Source: Paraphysomonas bandaiensis (lineage: Eukaryota > Protista > Chrysophyceae). Taken from it: DNA of 64,000 bases. The stretch covers positions 1 to 64,000 of the forward strand of contig CBFFRP010000318.1 in assembly GCA_965644295.1 (NCBI GenBank), given 5' to 3'. The notes under the pieces were generated by a model that saw nothing but the letters and a program-made list of their open reading frames with translations, ran no database searches and had not been told where the DNA came from. Below, one piece after another: positions 57,347 to 64,000 of this stretch (the stretch's first letter is position 1; each line of letters opens with the position of its first letter). A program made the translations under genes and the position numbers.

Positions 57347-58885
57347 TTACATGTGGTGTAGGTGATAGGGTGAACTACTCGGTGCGTGGGATGCGTAGTC
57401 TATATTTTGTACCACACTCGAAGCATTATTAGCAGTAGTTTGGCGTTGAGACACTGCGTGATGCAAGTGATCACGGTGTGCGATATCCAGATGGGATATA
57501 GGGAAGAGAGGGATATTATTTGCAATTCCAATAGCATCTGTTGCCCAATTCGGCGTCTCAAAAGGGTATGGTGAATAATATGAAACGGGGACATGGGGTG
57601 GTTGACGAGAACGATAAGCAAAAGAATGCGGGTACAGGTACTCTGGATGAATTGGATACTCAGGCGGTGGGGTCCCGGAATTCCATGCAGCAGGACTTGA
57701 CTCACTCCCTGCGTGCAAAAGTTAAAACCAGAGGGTAGACACATTTGTTAAATATTAGATCCGCATTATTACCTCCATTGGAGTCTGCTTTATCATTGCC
57801 ACTATCGGCCCCTTGTGTCTCTGAATCTTCGGTATCTCCACCTTCACTCCGGAGGCGCCTGGCCGCCTGACGGCGACGTGCCTTCTCTTCTTGTAGACAT
57901 CCTCGTCTTGGGGATACCCTGAAGTAACCGCAGTACGCACCGACACCGGTGCTATGTTGGAACGGACGCCCTTCAGAAGGAGGGCGATACTTCCCAAGTA
58001 TACCACACCTACTACATGCAGCAACCCATCCTACGATTATACAACACACAGTTAGCTCTATAAGATTATACTAGACTGAGAATATTATACCAATACTGCA
58101 AAATGCAATACAATCTACACGTGCACCACAAATACTATTACAGTAAAGCACATGTGGCACAGTCGGACAGTGTTAGGGCAGACACAGTTACCTGTTTGCT
58201 GAGAGTGTGGTGATACTTTCGCATCATCTTTCTGCTTCTCATTTTTCTGTTCGCTCCTCTGTACTCGCCGTTTCTTTTTACCGCTCTTATCATCTGCAAC
58301 ACTAGCACCGTCCACGCATCGCTTGATACCCGATCGGCACTTGGGTCTCTCCCCATCACAAATGTTAGAGGTAGAGTTCTCACGGCATGTGTTTTCCGCC
58401 GAAGGCAGGGGGGCTTCGGTATCAGTAGCCTCTGAAACTTTAGACCGGACAACTTCTTTTGAGTCTAAAGGAATATCACCCCGCCCATCCCCACGAATAT
58501 ATCGTCTATAAGAATCCTCTTTCTGTCGACCTGTAGATTTACCTGGCTCATCCATATTTACATGTTGTTCCCGATAACGGGACGACGGGTGATGTATCCC
58601 TAATTGTCGGTATGACGCCAGGAATTCATCTACAGACAACCCTGCAGAGCGAGCTGCCTCTTCGAGAGGTAGATGAGCCAATCTACGAATATGAGAGGCA
58701 TCAGGTGGCAATGCAGAGGTTTGCGGGCAATCCACAGGTCTCTCTCGAGGTCCTGAATGAGTACATGAGACGCGAGAAGTGTGATGCCTCCTCATCCCCA
58801 TCGATTCAATTGGTGGAGTTTTCTGGAGTAAGAGAAGTGATGTAAGAGCGTCATCAACACCACTCTGCTGGTCACTATCATCCAT
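57347..58885 (-). CDS. Putative transcription factor: degenerate RWP-RK domain + C2HC-like zinc finger, 3 exons
   Basis: HLPLEEAARSAGLS...YRQLGIHHPSSR. Introns at about 58191-58031 and 57772-57710 join, in frame, an exon with CSRCG..FQH..CGYFR and a Pro/Tyr-rich tail. Confidence 0.65.
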
Positions 58886-61790
58886 ATCAGTGTTTGCTGT
58901 GATAGAGATGTGCTATACGTATATATTCATATGATGACTGTGTGTATGTATGTATGTGTATGTGTGTTACTGCAGACTGCAGGACACGTTGAGAGGATGT
59001 GAGTGTGTGTGAGGGGGTTGAGAGGAGGGTAATCAAGTGGGAAGAGTGTTGATATGAGATGCTCTCATATATGGTGTGAGGAGTTGCATGGAAATGACCA
59101 TGACACACAGAGCGTGTCTATTGCTGTATACATACATACACATACACGCACATACACACACATACCTCTCTATGTATGGACTATAGTATATGGGGATACA
59201 CGTATATGTATACATGCCTCTCTTTGTACCATTTATTGGACTGTGACGTCTACGTATATACAGCAGTATACCGTATACTCCACCATTGCTTCTAAGAATT
59301 CCATTCCTAGAAATTGCATAAGGAGAGCTGCAATTTTCCTCTGCCCCAAACACACTCCCCTAAAAATTAACATTTTATCAGTCAAAAATGACTTCTATTT
59401 ATAGAAAACCAGGATTTTTATATATTGGTACAGACTCTACTGTATATTTGCCTGTACAGTGGAGTGTCTTCACATCATAGCTATGAACTGTGGAGTATAG
59501 ATGTACTTTAAAGCATATATATACAGTACAGTGTTATTTCCTGTATTGTCAAGTGTGTTTGAAAGCTCATCTTCTTATCAACCTATCAGATCAGATCACC
59601 ATACGACTGAAGCATACATACATACAGAGACAGTGTCCCTACAGAGCATGCTCATGTATCTTCATGTCGATCTAAAGCATCTGATCTGTATGAGAGTGCA
59701 TTCATTCATTGGGTACAACAACTCGTGCAGTTGATCTCTCATATGATCAAGTGGCACCCATTTTAAAAGGACGTAACGATTCTCTGTAGAATATTACGAG
59801 AATTTTCTCTCAATGGAAACATAATCATGCTATGGAATGAAAAGATGATCGTACAGCGTACCCGATATTGTTTGAAGAGTGGAGGTCCCACTTCAAAGCA
59901 GCAGATGTGCCACGACCGTAGCTGGGAATCTATGTTCCATGTTCCATGTTCCATATTATAGCGGCCACTCAGTCATCCCGAATGAAGCGTCGTTTGCGTG
60001 GAGATTACTTCATCGTTTTTTCTTTGTTGGTCGCAAAGTTTGTGGTAATTTTTTGAAACATTAACTCTGTCCCTTGCTCTCGAGGTGATATAGGACTGTG
60101 CTCCTTACAATCGATGAAGACTGGTACATCACATCGTGTGTATGTTCCCTACAGTGTGTTGCGCTGCTGTTAATATATGGTGTGCACCAAATGGCGAAAC
60201 TGCAATGCATCTCGTCACTTGAATTAAGCAATGTTTTAATGAAGTTGACGATGGTATGTATGATGTAGATTTGTGGCAGCGGTGGGAGAAACGTGGTGCA
60301 TATTTGTATTGCTTTCGTGTGAATTATTTTTTCAATAAATATATTTTACAGTACTGCAATTAAATACCAAGCCGTGATATATACTATACTGATGAACCAA
60401 TCTTAAAGCATTACAGCTACTGTGGAAAGTATAAAGCCAGAGTTATACGCTCAAAGATATCATATACATGATTCATGTTTCAAATATCAAATAAGAGGAG
60501 AGACAATAGAAGAGTACACGTTAGGAAATTATTAAAAAGGGTTTTACTAAATTTTGTAGAATGAAAATTAAGGGAATGATGAATACTAGAGCATAGTTTA
60601 AAAGTTGTGAATTAATTTTATTACTTGTAACCATTACTTGCCTTGAATAATACAGTAGTTAGAGACAGTACTATATCACTTTGTTTGCTATGGCATACTG
60701 CAGTAAGTTTCAGAGCTATTTTGAACAATTAAAATCTGTATTTTGAGTTTTATCAATCACAACCGTTATCACATTGTGAATAATAAAGTAGAGTGAGAGA
60801 CAGTGTCATTTCAAAATAGTTCATTACAGCTAGCTGCATGTATGTCACCAAAGATTTAATAATATTGATAGGTAGTAGTGAATGGCTGTAGCAAAAATAG
60901 GTCATTTATGAAGCTGTAATGTACAAGAATAAGGATAAAGTAGTGAAGATTGTAGTATAATATGTGTTGAGTTCTGCCGTATGATGCAGTATATATTGTG
61001 CTATTGAAGTGCGTTAATAGTGTGCAATAGGTGAAGTCAACTCGTAGGTTTAACGGGTGAGTAGAGTTTTACAAAGGAATTAAATTCAGTTACTGGCGTG
61101 CGACTATATTAGATATAGGAGTGACTGGTGAACATATTATGATAAACATATGTTGCTGATAACAGATGTTTCATCAGATGTTACATGAATATGTCGTGGA
61201 GTGTTCAGATTGATAATTATATTTCTTACCTGAGAGTACATTGTGTTCAACAAAGCAAGGTTAAGGATTAATTGCAGAGCAAAGTTAACTTCAGTGAAAT
61301 GTCCAATTCTAACATGGTAGCGAGTGATATATCGCATCATACTTCAGAACTCAGCAATATGAGAAGTAGATAGTAGTCATGATCATTTTTTGAAGTTTTG
61401 AGTAAAAAGATCATATATAGGGTTGGAAATTATCGGGACTATAGGGACATAAGGGCATCGCCCGAACAGTATTGAAGTTATCGTAGTATACATAGGAATT
61501 CTGTAGAGGGCAAAATTGGAGTGGATAGCAGGATGTTACAGAATTTTTATATGAATATTTTTAAAGGTCGAAAACTAACTGTATATTGCTGGGAAACTAT
61601 TTATAGTTTTAGCTATGTGGATTAGGTCCGCAGACTAGATGGAATTGGGTATTCACCTCGTCTAACAGGGGAGCATACTGTAGCCATAAATTCAAAAATT
61701 CAAATGATGTATGTCTCACACTTCGTCGTCACAGTCGAATGAAAATTGGGCTGTTTCTGATGACCAAGTCCGGTGTAGCTCCATAGCAAT

Positions 61791-61876
61791 CTTCATTTCA
61801 TGGGAATCGAACCCCACAATCTTCGGATGAGCTAGGATGTGATCAGGAGCATCAGAAACCGACACTGCCAGCGAAG
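61791..61876 (-). pseudogene. tRNA-Arg(TCT)-like pseudogene or SINE head with intron-like insert
   Basis: GTGTCGGTTTCT-insert-ATCCGAAGATTGTGGGGTTCGATTCCC; T-arm/B box intact, D-arm and acceptor stem degenerate. Confidence 0.45.
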
Positions 61877-62017
61877 AATTTTATCATTTCTGTATGTTGC
61901 ATTGGTTCTACGTCACCTGCTATTACCTCACGCTTCTGTAATGCGTAGCTATATGCCTGTAATGTGTAGTGTGTAGTTATAGGCCTGTAATGCGTAGCTA
62001 TATGCGAGTACAATTCA

Positions 62018-62145
62018 TGACTAGGTTTAGTATTTAATACTATAATTGGCTAGATTGAGTCATTTATTGCTTTGACTAGGTTTTTACACCGAAAATAGTA
62101 TGACTAGGAAATTCAACCAAATTGACTAGGTTGAATAATATATCT
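62018..62145 (+). repeat. GACTAGG-array module of the dispersed repeat
   Basis: TTGACTAGGTTTTTACACC...TTGACTAGGTTGAATAATA matches 888-955. Confidence 0.75.
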
Positions 62146-62480
62146 CAAGAGCGTTTTTAGATATAACCAAAAAAATGTGGCTTATAAGCAATTCGATATA
62201 TAGTTCTACGTTTGTAAATGATGAACGTGGGAGGCGTAAGAGACGACAGAGAAGTCACTACTTCATTTGATTGAAGTTATATATATTACTACTCCAGGTT
62301 CCAGGTAGTAATCGACAAAATGAACACACAGATAAGAAATTAATAGGCAAACAAACTATATTTGACAACTACAACAGCCTACACTAAACAAAACTTCAAA
62401 AATAATCCGCAGTCATGCCAGCAGCAATATACGGTATACTCCATTTACTTTAATTCATTCTGTAATGGTGTGTGATATCA

Positions 62481-63188
62481 TTACAGGGTTATGTTATCAT
62501 CTTCACCGCGGTCTGTTAACTCATTATCAAAAGGTATTATTTTAGAAGGATGGGGGGCTGGCATTGAATTAAAGGATCCACCAAAAATATTTGACTTCAA
62601 ATACCGAATCTCCTCTGCGGTAAAATTTGTGGAACCGCCAAAATTGTCATCAATATAATCATCTGGAATTTTATCTAACTTAAACGAAAAATTGTGGGAT
62701 GATTGCCGTGAAGTCATTCCCGAGCATGGAGTAATGGTGGAAATATTGGTAGATATATTCGAGGAAAGATAACTGGAAGACCCGCTATGTGAGGCCCGAA
62801 GTCCCAACATTGAGAAAGACACTCGCGACGGACTCATAAGAACCGATGGTGCCACATTCATGACAGATAAATTATCTATGGAGTCCGATATATCATCACC
62901 GGCACTGGCAGGTGAATCATTTTGTTCGATTTCATTCTGTTCATGACCATTGTCTATATCCATATCTCTCTCAGTATCAGTTTCATTACTAACTCTGGGT
63001 GTTTTCTCTGAATATCGAGGTGAACACTTCTCACTTGTACACATATCTGTCGTAGTGCATCTCGATAGTGGTAAACTAGTGCGTAATTTATCAAAGTTTT
63101 TGATTTTAACAGCACGGGAAACACTTTCGATTGGATCGGATGGATTCACAACAGAGTTTACAGTCATTTTGTTTCCACACTGGCCCAT
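62481..63188 (-). CDS. Hypothetical Ser-rich protein, possible N-myristoylation/palmitoylation (MGQCG)
   Basis: 235 aa ATG ORF, preceded by a CA-rich leader. Confidence 0.6.
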   Translation of the reverse strand: MGQCGNKMTVNSVVNPSDPIESVSRAVKIKNFDKLRTSLPLSRCTTTDMCTSEKCSPRYSEKTPRVSNETDTERDMDIDNGHEQNEIEQNDSPASAGDDISDSIDNLSVMNVAPSVLMSPSRVSFSMLGLRASHSGSSSYLSSNISTNISTITPCSGMTSRQSSHNFSFKLDKIPDDYIDDNFGGSTNFTAEEIRYLKSNIFGGSFNSMPAPHPSKIIPFDNELTDRGEDDNITL

Positions 63189-63834
63189 ATTTTACAGACA
63201 GAATTAGTGTGTGTGTCTATACAGTCATTTACAAGGGCATGTATGTAATCATAGCTATGTATATGTCTTAATGAAATGATGAGTGTGTTGAGCTCGATTA
63301 GAACCTCCAGATGCTGCTTGAATTGTGTGTAATCGTGTTAATATATAGAGAGAGTGAACTGAGATCTATCTAGAATATGCTGCATGAGCGATAACATATG
63401 AAACGATGCGTATGACAGCAGGAGTAGGGGGGGGATAGCAGGTACATGCAACTACAGACAAGTCTATGACTGCTATAGTATCGCACGGTAGGGGTAAGTG
63501 GGAGTAGATGTAAAGTATGAAAATATCCATATCATCCATTGGAATACGTTTTATAATACTGTATTTTTGTTTGGTAGAGTTGAGGTACGTACATGTTGAG
63601 GGAAATTGGGGAAATACTTCAACATTCACGTAGCTGTAACATGTACATCACCAGCAGCAGTGCATGGTCTATATAATGGGGTAAACAGTACGACTCTGAT
63701 TGGAGTTCTGACTACTGTGTATGTAGTGAGCTGTGCTGGTGTTTCGAATATTTGAATAGAGATGCGGGCATATCTATACATTAACAGAATCAACCAAGAA
63801 ACATTGCTACAGGTGCTTACCACTACATCTACAT

Positions 63835-63962
63835 ATGCCACGAGGTCTTCCATTTATAGTTGCTGCACCCAGTGGGGCAGGAAAGACTACACTAGTGAAT
63901 AATGCTCTATCAGAGTTGCAAAGCACTCACTCTATTGAACGCATGATTACATATACAACAAG
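63835..63962 (+). CDS. Guanylate kinase, first recognisable exon (gene continues beyond the window)
   Basis: MPRGLPFIVAAPSGAGKTTLV...ERMITYTTR followed by donor AG|GTGAGT; too short for the ORF track. Confidence 0.8.
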
Positions 63963-64000
63963 GTGAGTATTGACCTCTATGACTTGTGATATGTAACTGA

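Noticed and set aside
59760-61400. Possible decayed coding or transposon sequence
   Set aside because: Multiple stops in all frames and no recognisable motif.

Overview
Eukaryotic nuclear DNA with short GT-AG introns. The gene set suggests a stramenopile protist, possibly chrysophyte-like; this is inference only. Host genes: a purple acid phosphatase, RPS24, a soluble-type adenylyl cyclase/STAND NTPase, an F-box/ankyrin-like repeat protein, a PH-CAMK-EF-hand kinase, a helical-repeat RAP protein, two head-to-head paralogous TRAFAC GTPases, a 7TM protein, a degenerate RWP-RK factor and an exon of guanylate kinase. Mobile and repetitive DNA: a recent tandem duplication (about 4.4-16.0 kb) carrying a Crinkler-like REase-fold/kinase gene, a young full-length Copia element with identical LTRs, nested Copia fragments, foldback MITEs, hAT and LINE relics, a dispersed composite repeat family and a 1 kb intronic minisatellite. 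The best novelty candidates are (1) the divergent GTPase pair, one member ending in an AT-hook and the other in a Btk-type zinc finger, (2) two unidentified, apparently structured non-coding blocks upstream of RPS24 whose 3' ends are complementary to the RPS24 start-codon region, and (3) the duplicated Crinkler-like kinase. All domain calls come from motif recognition by eye; no searches or folding programs were run.
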